The translations under genes were made by a program, and so were the position numbers. Of a stretch of 64,000 nt of DNA, positions 1 to 11,813 are shown piece by piece (positions within the stretch are counted from its first letter, which is position 1; every line of letters begins with the position of its first letter). The stretch is from Eutreptiella sp. 'Long Island Sound 2002' (taxonomy: Eukaryota > Protista > Euglenida): assembly GCA_964036045.1 (NCBI GenBank), contig OZ038379.1, forward strand, positions 65,286,001 to 65,350,000, written 5' to 3'. The notes under the pieces were generated by a model. The model worked only from the letters and a program-made list of their open reading frames with translations, did not search any database and was not told the DNA's origin.

Positions 1-2174
1 CGCATCTTGGCCCGGGGTCCACCCCTGGGCCTTGCTCTCTTGCGCGGTCTCGACGACTGGGAGACTGCGCGCGTGGTTAGCGGCGTTTGGGTGTCGTCGC
101 GCCACTTCCGGCCCAGGGAGTGGGCTCGGATGCAGGAGGTGGGGTATGCGGGGGGGGAGGATGAGGAGATGTGGGGGAGCATGGGAGGGGGTGGGGTGAG
201 CAAGGGGAAGGAGGGGGGGGGGCGTCCACCACCACCGCCCCAAACCCCCCCCCAAGTCAAGCCGCATCCCAACCTCCCCCAACCCGCCCCCAAGAAACGA
301 TAGTTTTCCTTCGAGTCGTCCGACGAGAGTGACGACGGGGCGATCCCCCGGCCCAAAAGGCCCAAATCCCCCCCCACCACCACCACCGCACGGCCTACGA
401 AGGCCGTCCCCGCCCCCAAACCAACCAACCCCCCCAAGACCGCCACCGCAAACCCCCCCCCACCCACCAAGACCGACACCCCCAAGGGTGCCGAGAAGAA
501 GGATGACCGTCCCGAGGATCCGATCGTCGGGACGGTCGTCCACGTACCCTACCCCATCGGGGTAGAGAAAGTCCGTGGTATCCACGGGCGGAAGTACGGT
601 GCCGTTTGGGTGGAATACCCGGGCGGCACGACCCTCTACGAGGTGGCCCAGCCCCGCCTCTTCCCCACCCTCGAGGAGGCCGAGCGACACCGGGAAGAGG
701 CCCGGGGGGCGGGCAAGAGGAAGGCCAAACCCCCCGCCCCCACAAACGAAGCGTCTAACCCCCCGAACGCAAACCCTACTACCGAACCCACTAACCCAAC
801 CAATCCCGGTAACCCCACTAACCCCCCATCCGGACCCGCGAAGATGTGGGACCCCACTACGGGGTCCCATGAGGTACGAGGGCCAGGATAGGGACCCAAT
901 GGGCCACAATGGCCATGGACAACATACATAAACACGCACATAATGCATTACATGTTGCGTTGTGCCATTGTTAGGAGGGTTAATATTTGGGGAATTGAGT
1001 TCATATTTGTGAGATTAATATTAATGCTGGCGACTCTTTAATTTTTAACTTTTCAAATATTAATTCAAAAATTAAAAACAAAAATTAAAGCCGAGAGCCA
1101 TTTTAACATTTTGAAACAACCACATGGGTAGGACCCCCCCACCAACCCCCGGGGGGAAATGACACCCAAGCCCGTAAGGCAACCCATGGGGGTCATAATT
1201 TTCACGGCAAACCCCCTAACCCCCCCTAAAAAAATTGAAACTTGAGATTAACGTGTTAATTTTTGGCCACATATTAAATATATTGGGTTTAATCTAGGTC
1301 ACTAGGGTAGGCTCTCAATTGGGGCGCCTGGGGAACAGTCACATGGGGCACACTACGCCGGAGGGTCTCCTGGATAGTGTGTCGTTCACCCATGGGACTA
1401 CAGAGTATGCGTGAGGCGGAGCGCAGAGGGTGAGTCGAAGGTCCGTCCTGTGACCAGCCTTCGGCGCAGTGGACGGCCAATTACCATACACCAGTCCTCC
1501 TCCTCCTCCTCCTCCTCCTCCTCCTCCCCTAAGCCCCAGTGTGGGCATTGCCTGCAACGTGTCCCTGTTGGTTCTCCCTTCCGCAGTCGGACACCCAGTT
1601 ACTCTGGTCACCAGGCCTGTTCTTTGGCCCCTGGTTTTCCAATCATCCTGTGCAGCAGGGCACGTGCTTGGCAAAGGTGAATCAATGAACTGTGGCCATG
1701 AGGGCAACTGGAGTTCTCTGCACCATGAATCGTTCTTACCACTGCCTTTTTCTGAGATGGCCCCCAAAATTAGTGCAAACGCCCCCCCCTTCCGCTTGCA
1801 AACTCACACCCGTGACACACACTCCCTCCCATTTCGCAGGAACCTTACCAAAGTGAAGTGCCAACTTCGCTCGCTCGGCTCTTCTGCTTCGAATTGCTCA
1901 AAACCCGGGGGGGGGGCGGCCGGGCCGGGTCCTTGTATGCGACCCCCCCCCCACCCCCCCCCCCCCCCCCCCCCGGGTTTTGAAAGATAGTGGTGCCGGG
2001 TCGGCCCCCAAAAAGTGTCCCTAGAGAAAATTGTCCGGCGCCAATGGTACAACATTTTTTTCCATACTATATGTTTATACTCAAAATACTCAACATTTTG
2101 TAGAGAATTCATATTTGTGTTAAAACAACAAGAAAAATTTTTGACCTGAAGGAGGGCTACAGGAGGGCCGCAGG

Positions 2175-4636
2175 CCCTAACAGCAAACCCTAGCCCTAAC
2201 CCTAGCCCTAATCAAGACTGAATATTGGGACCGAGCTGGTGGGGGAGGGAACATCAGCTATGACTGGTGAGGGACATCAAGAATGATTTACACATTGATG
2301 GGTCTTGACAAAGTGAAATCAGCTTGCACATGAACCCCATCACCACGAGGCCCACTTTCAAGGCTTTTTGGACTTATGAGGGGCCAAAATGCCCCAAAAT
2401 GGGCTCAAAATGGGCTCATTTCACCCCTTGGTGCACCCCAAATGGTCTAGGATGAGGTTTGGAAAAATGCGTTTGTGACCCATTTTTGACCCATTTTTGG
2501 TCCCAAAACAGCCCATTTTCAGGGCATTTTGGGATTTTCGGAGGACCAAAATGGGCCACCACAAGCTCAAAACGGTCCAAAGACACTTGTTTTAGCGTCG
2601 CGCATGGTCTAGGATCATTTTTGAGAAAAGTCATCTTTTTGCCCCTACTGGACCCTGTTGACCCATTTGGGCACCCACCTGTTTGGGCTTGAGCTTGCAG
2701 CTTGCCGCAGCCTAGTGGGCCTAGGTATTGGGGTCTAGGCGTCCGTTTGGGCAATTCTGAGGGGTGGAAACCACAAAAAGTGGGGGGTTGCGGGTGGAGT
2801 AGGTGCCCTCGGAATCGCATTTTGAGCCATGTAGCCAAAGATATGGCCTATTCTTGGTTTGTGGCTGTCGGCATTTGGAGCTTCTGGGGGCCTTTTTGGG
2901 CCGTTTCCGGGACATATCATGGAGTTAGAGGGCCGCAAAGAGCTCGTTGACACGGGGACGTCAAGGCGCACGTGTAGTGTACCCACCGCTTCCCTTCGTT
3001 TGGCCGTTTTGAATGTGTTCCAGGGCTTTTTTCGCGCAAAAATGGCTATTTTTGGCCCTAAACTACAGTTTTTGAAACTGAGGTCCGCCACTTGCGAATC
3101 CCATTCTTGGCCACCACCGTTGAGTTTTTTGCTCAAACTTTGTGTGATTGTACTTCACACCCATAGGTCTCATCCACCAAAATTTCAGCCGAATCTGAAG
3201 CACCACGACGGAAGCCTGATTTTCCCCCATTTTGCGCGTGTTGCTTGCTTGCTGCTTGCTGCTTGCTTGCTTCCTTGCTTGCTTGCTTGCTTGCTTGCTG
3301 CTAAACCTAGCAGGTCCACCCTAGACACTAAAAAGGGTTATAAAACCAAGACTGGTTCCACTAGCTCGGTGACCCTAACCCTAACCCCTAACCCCTAACC
3401 CCTAACCCCTAACCAGGACTGAATATTGCGACCGAGCTGGTGGGGAAAGGAACATCACCTTCAAGGCATTTTGTGACTTTAGATGGGCCAAAATCGCTTA
3501 CAATGGCTCAAAACGGGCTCATTTCACTTGTTTATGCACCCCAAACGGTCTAGTTATCATTCCAGAAAAAGGCGTTTTTGACCCATTTTTGACCCTTTTT
3601 GGTCCCCTTTTCAAGGCTTTTTGGAATTCTGGAGTGTCATAATGGGCCACCATGGGCTCAAAACGGGCCAAGAACACTTGTTTGAGCACCCCAAGTGGTC
3701 TAGGAAAAAATTTGGAAAAAAATGATTTTGGACCATTTTTGGACCCACAGATGACCCATGTAACCCTACCCTAGCACGCGCACTGTGCGCGCTCAACACC
3801 ACTCTGCGGTGCCAAAATGGGGCATCGAAGGGTGGTGACAATATGGAAAAAGGCTTCGAAGTGATCCCATTCATCGTTATTCAGCACCACAAGGGTGGCA
3901 AATGCAATTCATGGCTAAAAACATGTTACGAGAACGTGCAACTTGAAAAATTATGCAAAAAGGGTGCTTTTCATGCTGATTTTGCGGTATTTTGAACCCA
4001 TAAAGAGGTCGTTGGACGCACTACTTGGGTGTAAAACCCACTAGACAGTGACTAAAGGTGATTGTTCATCATGTGTATATAAGTTTCCCTGCCAATGCCC
4101 CTCTCCAAGGACCTGATAGGCACCCGTAAATGGTATTCTTAGTTTGTGGCTGTCGGCATTTGGAGCTTCTGGGGGCCTTTTTGGGCCGTTTCCAGGACAT
4201 ATCATGGAGTTAGAGGGCCGCAAAGAGCTCGTTGACACGGGGACGTCAAGGCGCACGTGTAGTGTACCCACCGTTTCCCTTCGTTTGGCCGTTTTGAATG
4301 TGTTCCAGGGCTTTTTTCGCGCAAAAATGGCTGTTTTTGACCCTAAACTGCAGTTTTTGAAACTGAGGTCCGCCACTTGCGAATATCGTTCCCGTCCGCC
4401 ACCGTTGAGTTTTTTGGTCAGACTTCGTGTGATTGTACTTCACACCCATAGATATCATCCACCAAAATTTCACCCGAATCTGAAGCCCCACGACGGAGTT
4501 CTTATTTTTCCCCATTTCGCGCGTGTTGCTGCTTGCTGCTTGCTGCTGCTGCTAAACCTGGTAGGTCCACCCTAGACACTAAAAAGGGTTATAAAACCAA
4601 GACTGGTTCCACCAACTTGGTGATCCTAACCCTAAC
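2175..4636. repeat. Two ~1.2-kb tandem units separated and bounded by interstitial (CCCTAA)n telomere-like tracts
   Basis: CCCTAA/CCCTAG/CCCCTAA tracts at 2175-2211, 3373-3414 and 4625-4636. The units 2212-3372 and 3415-4624 share ends, and 2855-3370 is near-identical to 4140-4620 (paralogous ORFs 2859 and 4144). Confidence 0.85.
3241..3301. repeat. (TGCT)n microsatellite
   Basis: Imperfect ttgc/tgct repeats; the paralogous unit at ~4525-4553 has (tgc)n instead. Confidence 0.9.
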
Positions 4637-5523
4637 ACTACCCCCCGACCCCCGGCCGGACCCCCCCCCCCCCCAACTGCCCCCCCCCCCCCGCCCCCCC
4701 CCCCCGAGATTTGACCGTTAGCTGGGGGGGGTGGTCGCATCAGGACCGTTGGTAGTCGCCCCCCCGGGGCTCAAAAATATTGCACAAGTCACCGACATCA
4801 AATTGATCAGAGCCCCCCTACCCCACCACGATGACTGTCTATATTTTGCACATTGGGGGATGGAGCACTTTGAGGTCCTTGCCCACGGACCATGCCCCCA
4901 TGTGTGCGCCCCGCATCTCTGTGCTCAGGTGTGGGTGGCAGACATCCGCCATGTGCAGCACCAGACCCGTGGTTAGAAGCGTGCGCACAGACCAGGGTTA
5001 AGCGTGCGCAAGCGTGCGTAGTGTTGGGTGGTAAGTGTGTGTAAGTGTGCACCATCTCCCCGTCCAAGCGTGCGCAAGCGTGCACATTTTTTTTTTTGAC
5101 CTGAAAGCCCCTTAAGTGCCTTTTCGGCACACAGTGCTCTTAAACAAAAATTCCACCAGCACCAATTTTTTTTCTGCAGAGAACCTGTGCATGACTATAC
5201 AAGAGGTCCACCTCTGTGTCCCCGAGCCCAAGTGTACACAAGCGTGCGGAGTGTTGGGGTGTAAGCGTGCGTAAGCGTGCATAGCCATGGAAAGTAAGCG
5301 TGCACAAGCGTACACGCACGCTTCTAACCACGGGTCTGTGCAGCACCCGTGTGTTCGGTGCCCGTCCCTCCCGCATGTTTGGGTTGCACCCCAGCAGGAG
5401 GGGAGGGGGGGGCGTTCACGCATTGATTCAGGATTTGGGTCGATGAGTCCCACAGTATCAACCTCCCGCTCCCTCCAAGGCCCACGATGGCTGTCGCTTG
5501 TATCTGTATGCGGGTGGTTACAG

Positions 5524-5599
5524 GCAAAGAATTTGATATTGCGATTCGGGAGCTAATGACATCATTCAGGATTGCTGGTGAAAGCCAAATCATCCAAAG
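5524..5599 (+). CDS. Exon of a Sec7-domain ARF guanine-nucleotide exchange factor (Sec7 motif 1 / glutamic finger)
   Basis: Flanked by ttacag| and |gtaacc. Translates (G)KEFDIAIRELMTSFRIAGESQIIQ(R), matching the Sec7 motif FRLPGE[AS]QKIDR including the catalytic Glu. Ends in phase 2 and joins the exon at 7664 in frame. Confidence 0.85.
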
Positions 5600-7663
5600 G
5601 TAACCCTCGCCTCAACCCAGGTGCTGACCCGAGTCTGTTTCTAAACCGTACACTCGTGGCTCCAAACCCAATCAAAATGGTCCGTTGGCGGACGGCCGCC
5701 CAAAAGGTAAAAAGAGCGGGGGTTCGAGGGACAGGGGAATAACGGAGCAGAGGGAGGGGGAGGGGGAGGGGGGCATTTGGTTTCAGCGTGCGTAGAGCAG
5801 AGCGCCGCCTCCAACAATGCCACTTATGTCGTAGTGGCAACATGTAAACCCTCAAGCCCTGGAAGCGGAGGTTTTGCGGTGCCATTGGAGGACCCCAGAC
5901 CTGTTCTGAAACAGCTCAGGCGGCTCACCAGAGCATAGCCAGCACTACAGGAAGCTGTAACCCCCCCACCCCCATTACTATGTCGTCTGGACAATTTTGC
6001 AGCGTAGCACCAGAAGGGCTGGTGTCACGCCGGGACCTACCCCGCCCGCCGCCTTATATAAGCTACGCCCTTGTCCAAGCTACAGCGGGCGTAGGGACCA
6101 TATTAATTTGGTACCTAATATGATTCGGTACCAAATGTAGTGCAGCCGCATAAGACATGGGTTTGATGACAAATTGGCCAGTCACATAGAGTCATGGACA
6201 CATTTGTTGTGAGTGTTTGCCCATTTGAACCCACAGAGCTCTGATTTTGGGGATATCTGTGCGCTCTATTCCCCCTTCTTGCACCAGCTCACCATGCAAT
6301 CTTCTCTTTTGGGGGCTGGGCGTCAAGTTATTTTCACACGTTCTACCGGTGAGCGTGTTTGATGGGAAGTTATATTTTACAAGAGACTACATGCAAGGCG
6401 ATTTCATTCCCAAGAACTTGGAGTTGCCTGAGCCCAAACCAGCCCCTAAACCAGGCAAAGCCATCTACAAGTGGTGAGCATGTGCCGTTGTTCCGCATGG
6501 TGTATCATCGCAAGAAGGGTTTCCAAGCCGAACATTTGTAGGCTTCTCATGCTTCATTGCTTGTGAAAATAGCATGATTGTGAATCTGAAATTTCATGTT
6601 ACCAACACTTTCTTGTATTTTCGTGCCGTTGGGAACATGGGTGGAGGTTGCGGTGCACTCATACCATACGCTCAATCACGTGTATGTCGGTAGTTGTATG
6701 TGTTGCACGCAAGCTACGCCTTTGTCCAAGCTACAGTAGGCGTAGGGGCCATATTAATTTGGTTTTTTTGTGTAGCTTATACAGGGGGGGGGGGGTAATT
6801 TGCTGTGTTCAGTGGGCTAGTTGCAAGTTTGCAGTTTTTGTTTGGCGTGCACTGCTGAAAGGAGGCCTGGCATGCCAGTGGAATATTGCTCTGCATGTTG
6901 TTTCAGGTACTTCGGCGCATGTTGGCATTGCTTGCTCCCCCTGGTTGTATCATATACACACTCCATACTATTGCCAACCCACGTAATGTTGTCACCCCCC
7001 GTATTCAGCGCGCCCTACTCCCTTTGGGGGCGTGAAATCAGATTATTTGTCCCTTTGCCAGCCAGCAACACCAAAGCAGTGAAGACAAATGCATAACTGT
7101 ACCAGAGGAATTAATTCTGTAGCATCCACCAGTGAGGAATTCTCATTTTTTCCCTTTGGAACCCAACAACATACCAAAATAGCTTGCATATGAGGCTTGG
7201 TCCACCAAGGAAGTAACGTCTGGCATTGATTCCATGATCGGGACGCGGAGAGGGCATGCCAGTAGTGAAGGGTAGAGCGGCACACGCAGAATCTTATGTC
7301 ACCATCAGTATGACCTATCCAAGGGGCACCGTCCAATCCCCCTGCAGCCCAAAATTTGCGTTGGCACTGGCGACCTTTCGGGAGAAATGGTGTGCATAGC
7401 AGGTGTCCAGCCCACACCATGCCTGACCCCCAGGCCACCCGCCGCACCATGGTTACCCATACATACTATCACAGTCAGGATGTCGCACAATCTGAGCCTT
7501 TTGTGCATTGACTGGGCATGTTCCCTTGCTCCCCTTCAATCAGGAGCGGGAGAGGGGCTTGCCCTTGATCCATGACCATGGGCTGCATTCTTGAGAGCCT
7601 GAGCAACTGTCATTCGTCCCTCTTGTTCTGGTTCTGTGTGCATTTTGAGTCTGGCTGTTTCAG

Positions 7664-7802
7664 GTTGATTGAGCTGTTTGCGAAGAAGTACAACAGAGAC
7701 AACGACAACCCGTTCACAGACGATGGGGCATTCTTTTTGGCAATGGCCACGCTGATGCTGAACACTCAGAAACACAATCCAAATGCTGAACGTTCGATGA
7801 CG
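7664..7802 (+). CDS. Exon of the Sec7-domain ARF-GEF (motif 2 region)
   Basis: Acceptor tgtttcag|g completes the Arg codon from the previous exon. Translates RLIELFAKKYNRDNDNPFTDDGAFFLAMATLMLNTQKHNPNAERSMT, matching the Sec7 consensus 'RLMEAFAxRY...D.AYVLAYSxIMLNTDLHNP'. Donor |gtgtct, phase 0. Confidence 0.88.
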
Positions 7803-8696
7803 GTGTCTGCTTCGTCGTACTCCCGCCCCCTCTTCTCCTCTTGTTGTAAGCCCCTCTGCATGTGCTCTTGTGTGACCCCTCCGCCCCCTCTATGCCTCTG
7901 TATGCCCCTCTGTATACCTTTCTGCGTGTTTCTTGAGGGAACGCTGGGGGCTTTTACATGAGCGGGCGCCCCAGTGCCCTCTTCGACCCCCTGGGCTCTG
8001 GTGAGTCACCCATAGTTGAGGTGCCTTTCGGGGCGTACCCTGCGGGATTAGCCTGGTGCACGTGGTGGGCAGCTAGGGTGCTCCCTGCCCCCTCCTTCCC
8101 CTCCCCTGTTCCGCGCTGGGTCTGTACGACTGAAATAATTTTTCGAAAAAAAATTAATCACTTTTGAAAGCAAGTGACAAAGTTTTAATTGTATTTTACA
8201 CCTCAATCTGGGGACCATGAGACGGCAGGGGTTATGTAGGCTCTTTGATTCCTCTGAGCCCCTTTGTATGCATGCTCCCTGTACACCCCTCTGTGCTGCA
8301 CTGTGTGCTTGTCTGTACGTGTCTCTATATGTCTTTCTGCATATGTCTTATGTGCCTCTCTGTGCGCATGGTTGTGTGCCCCGTTATGTGCGACTGTGTG
8401 TGCTCATCTGCGTGACCCTCTGTATGCCCTGTACACCCTTCTGAATGCTTTTCTGCTTTGCAGTTCGTGATCAAAAGGGGGAGGGAGGCCAGAAAACTGA
8501 TGCGCTAGCGTGAGGGCTGTTCTGGGCAGGCCTAGGCTCAGACCTAGAACACAGTACACCACCCTGGCAAGGTGCAGTGCTTTGTTCCCGACTGCAAAAG
8601 CATGTGTGTGTGTGCAGTGGGTGACATTTCATTCACCTGCCACGGTGGTCAGCCCCCCATGCTTTGACGGGTAATTTGGAGCTCACATCTCTGCAG

Positions 8697-8840
8697 ATGA
8701 CGAAGGAGAATTTCATTCATTACCAGAACGGACAAAATGGGGGGCAGGATTTCTCTCAGGACCTACTCAGCGATATCTACGACCGCATTTGTATGTGGGA
8801 GATTCGGATTGACGACGACACCGAGCCTGCTTTGGGACCG
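8697..8840 (+). CDS. Exon encoding the Sec7 domain C-terminal helices
   Basis: Flanked by ctctgcag| and |gtatgt, 144 nt, phase 0. Translates MTKENFIHYQNGQNGGQDFSQDLLSDIYDRICMWEIRIDDD, like the Sec7 end 'MTxExFIxNxRGINxGxDLPxELLxxIYxxIxxxEI'. The exact 5' boundary is ambiguous (see findings). Confidence 0.82.
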
Positions 8841-9599
8841 GTATGTGCTAGGGCTAGCAGCCGATACGCGCGACCAGGGCCTGGCTGTTTGCAATGCATT
8901 TCAAAATGCAAAGCCCAATGTGAGGGTTAGTATCACCGAGCGGGAACCACTAAGGTTTGCTTTTTCGGATGTAGGTTGGAGCTACCCCTTTTGGCAAGCA
9001 TGCAGCAAGCAAATCTGGCCAAATTAATGAGTCAACGGTAGTGACCCATTTTGGCCCAAATTTTGGTCGATGATACCTTGGTATATGAAGTACCATCCTG
9101 CACAGTTTGAGCCAATAACTCACCAGTAGCGGCCAGCATTGGACGCTGTCTGGTCCTAGCTGCATACATGCCGAGCTTTCCAGGATTCACAGACCTTTGC
9201 GCATTTTCAACACTATATATATATATATATATATGTATATTGCCTTGAGGACCCTTCTTGTGGTGAGGGAAAAAATCATGGACTTGAACACCAACGGCCT
9301 TCAATGCCCCATGGGGTGGCATGCTGTGCAACAGGGCCATTTGCGACCAAAAAGGGGGCCAGACCAGGGTCAAAAAATGTGTTTTCCACCAAAAGATCCC
9401 CACTTTTTTCGGATGCTCAAATGCTGTTTTGAGCTGTTGACTCTTTTTAGCCTCCGCAAACCTCGGAATAGAACCATTGTGAGACCGCAAAAGAGTCAAA
9501 ATGAGATCTCAGTCTTTTTACCAATTCTTCATTTGCTGTTCTGGGTCCATTTTGCCCCTTTGCGGTGCACAAAAAGTTGCAAAGGACCTTGGCAATGGC

Positions 9600-10030
9600 G
9601 CATTTGGACATCAAAAGTAGGGTGTAGAGTGCAGTGGGCAGAATGTGCAGGGTGAAGTGTGCAACATGTGCAGTGTATAGTGTGTAGTGTCTCGACTGCA
9701 CAATGTACGGTGTCCCAAATGCGCAATGCATAGTCAGCAGAGTGCATGGTGTACCGTGAATAGAAAATTCAACACATGTAATGTGCAGAGGTGCAGTGTG
9801 CGATGAGCAGTGTGTAGAACACACAATGTGCAATGTGCAGAGTGTGCTGTGTGCAAGGTGTGCGGTACATAGGGTATGCACCACACAAGGTGCCACGTGC
9901 GTCATCCACCACCGTGCACCGTGCGCAGCTTGTGCAATGTGCAATTTGCAGTGTGCAAAGTGTAGAGCGTGCAGTATGCACTAAGCATGTACAAGGTGTG
10001 TGGTGTGCAATGAGCAGAGTGTGTCGTGCA
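9600..10030. repeat. TGTGCA-rich low-complexity tract within a dispersed repeat
   Basis: Dense gtgcagtgtg/tgtgca motifs, flanked by related segments tatatgaag.ac.atcc..ca..gtttga at ~9075 and ~10055. Confidence 0.75.
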
Positions 10031-10942
10031 CCGCTAGCTTGGTCCCAATACTTGTTATATGAAGCACAATCCCACAAGGTTTGAACAAAAAGTTCAACAA
10101 TGGTGGCCAGCAATGGACACTGCCTGGTTCTAGATGGACCCAATGGCCCAAACTTGCATTTTCCCCCGTTTTGGGACGGAAGAGGCTTGTGGTGTGCACC
10201 AAGCACATTGAAACCAATCTGGAGAATGAAAAGGAGATTTTGTCTCATTTTTCACCAACCCCATTAGCACTTTCAGGTGTGTTTTCGTCTTGAAATGCCC
10301 CGAAAAGGACCAAATTTTCAGGATTTAACCGTTTTCGACTGCTTTGAAGGCCGTTTATTGCCTCTAGGGGCCTTATGGCGATGAACAATGATGAATCATT
10401 GTGTTTGCAAGCCTCTTTGCAAGCTGCACCAGAAAAGCACTTCAATGGGCTTCAATAGGCCGTTGGTATTTTGAAATGGCATACAGTACGCGTGCTTGGG
10501 CAGGGTTACCAGGGGTTACTCCAGGGGTGAAAAATGCGCTGTACTGATTGTTACTGAAGCACATTAGGGACCCCCTTAGGATGATAATTCTTGAACCTAT
10601 TTTTGGTCTACATAGGGGTAGGGTCAGCCACAGAGCTTGCCCTCCCTCAAGCCAGGTGATTGACAATCGATGGACCCTAATACATTGGGTGCAAAAGAGG
10701 CTTTGGTGCCTTCAGTAAATTACACCTCTTCACTGAGAATTAGAAATTTAGAGTGAGTTCTGTGTTAGCCAATGCAATTCGAATTCATAAATGTGGCTGG
10801 TGCCACAATTGCACCGGGTCTGAGGTGGTTAGCCTGCATTGGATGGAGCTGCTTCCTGTAAACTATGACAGAAATACACTGTGACAAAAATCGAGGTAGT
10901 GGCATACAAATGTGGAAGGGAATGTAATCAGGACATTCTCTG

Positions 10943-10943
<1 letters not shown>

Positions 10944-11015
<72 letters not shown>
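10944..11015. repeat. (GT)n microsatellite
   Basis: About 36 uninterrupted TG dinucleotides. Confidence 0.98.
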
Positions 11016-11017
<2 letters not shown>

Positions 11018-11536
11018 GGAGGGCGGGGGGCATGGGTCGATTTTCGGCCTCTAAAATGTGTGCACTTGATGCTGTATGAGGCCCAAACGATGTCTCCGCA
11101 GTGGATGGCCAACCTTTGCTGTCGCACTCTCACCTACCAAACCTGTTTCCCAGCCATCTGGGGACAAACAGTGTAAACAATTTCCTCTCCAGAAACAATA
11201 CGGTAATTGTGCACAACTGGAAGTACCAACCGGCATAATTACCTAGCCTTCATGGCAACCTGCGCTCTCACGCCCCTCTCCAGCACAGTCTCTGTCCCTC
11301 GCTGCCTCTATCCAGGCACTCTGTCCAAGCACACAGATGGCACTTTGTATGTGTGCAAAGCATGCCCCTGCATTTCTTAAAGCTCAAGCCGGTGCACGTT
11401 ACTTCGCATGAAGCATGACTCGCAGGCCTGCTCATCCAGATCAAGAGCAAAGGCAGCACGGTTGCAACACCGTTTGAGTCACTACGTATTTTCATGTTCC
11501 TTGTTTTATCTTATTTATTGCTCCAAATGTATCCAG

Positions 11537-11813
11537 TTGTGCACAGCGACCTTTGTGGACATGGTGCGGCCTTTCAACCAGGATAGGTTTGGTAGCAGTG
11601 TTCTTGTTTCTCAGATTCCTGAAGGCGAAGGCGAGGGGATTAGCCCCCGGCTGCATGTGAACCTTGAGGATGCCGAAAAGACGCACTGCAACGAGCCCCC
11701 ACCCCATGTTTTTCTGCCGTACACTAAGGTTAAGCAGCTTAAATTCATCCACGAAGCGAAAGGTATCGTTGTCACATTCAGCAGGGATTCTGTGCTGGAG
11801 GCATGGAGGCAAG
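11537..11813 (+). CDS. Candidate downstream exon of the host gene; domain not identified
   Basis: Flanked by atccag| (phase 0, compatible with the 8840 donor) and |gtagta. The open frame has globular-protein composition (LCTATFVDMVRPFNQDRFGSSVLVSQ...HVFLPYTKVKQLKFIHEAKGIVVTFSRDSVLEAWRQ) and is non-repetitive. Confidence 0.5.

Noticed and set aside
2175-4636. True chromosome end
   Set aside because: The CCCTAA tracts are short, imperfect and internal, with continuous sequence on both sides.
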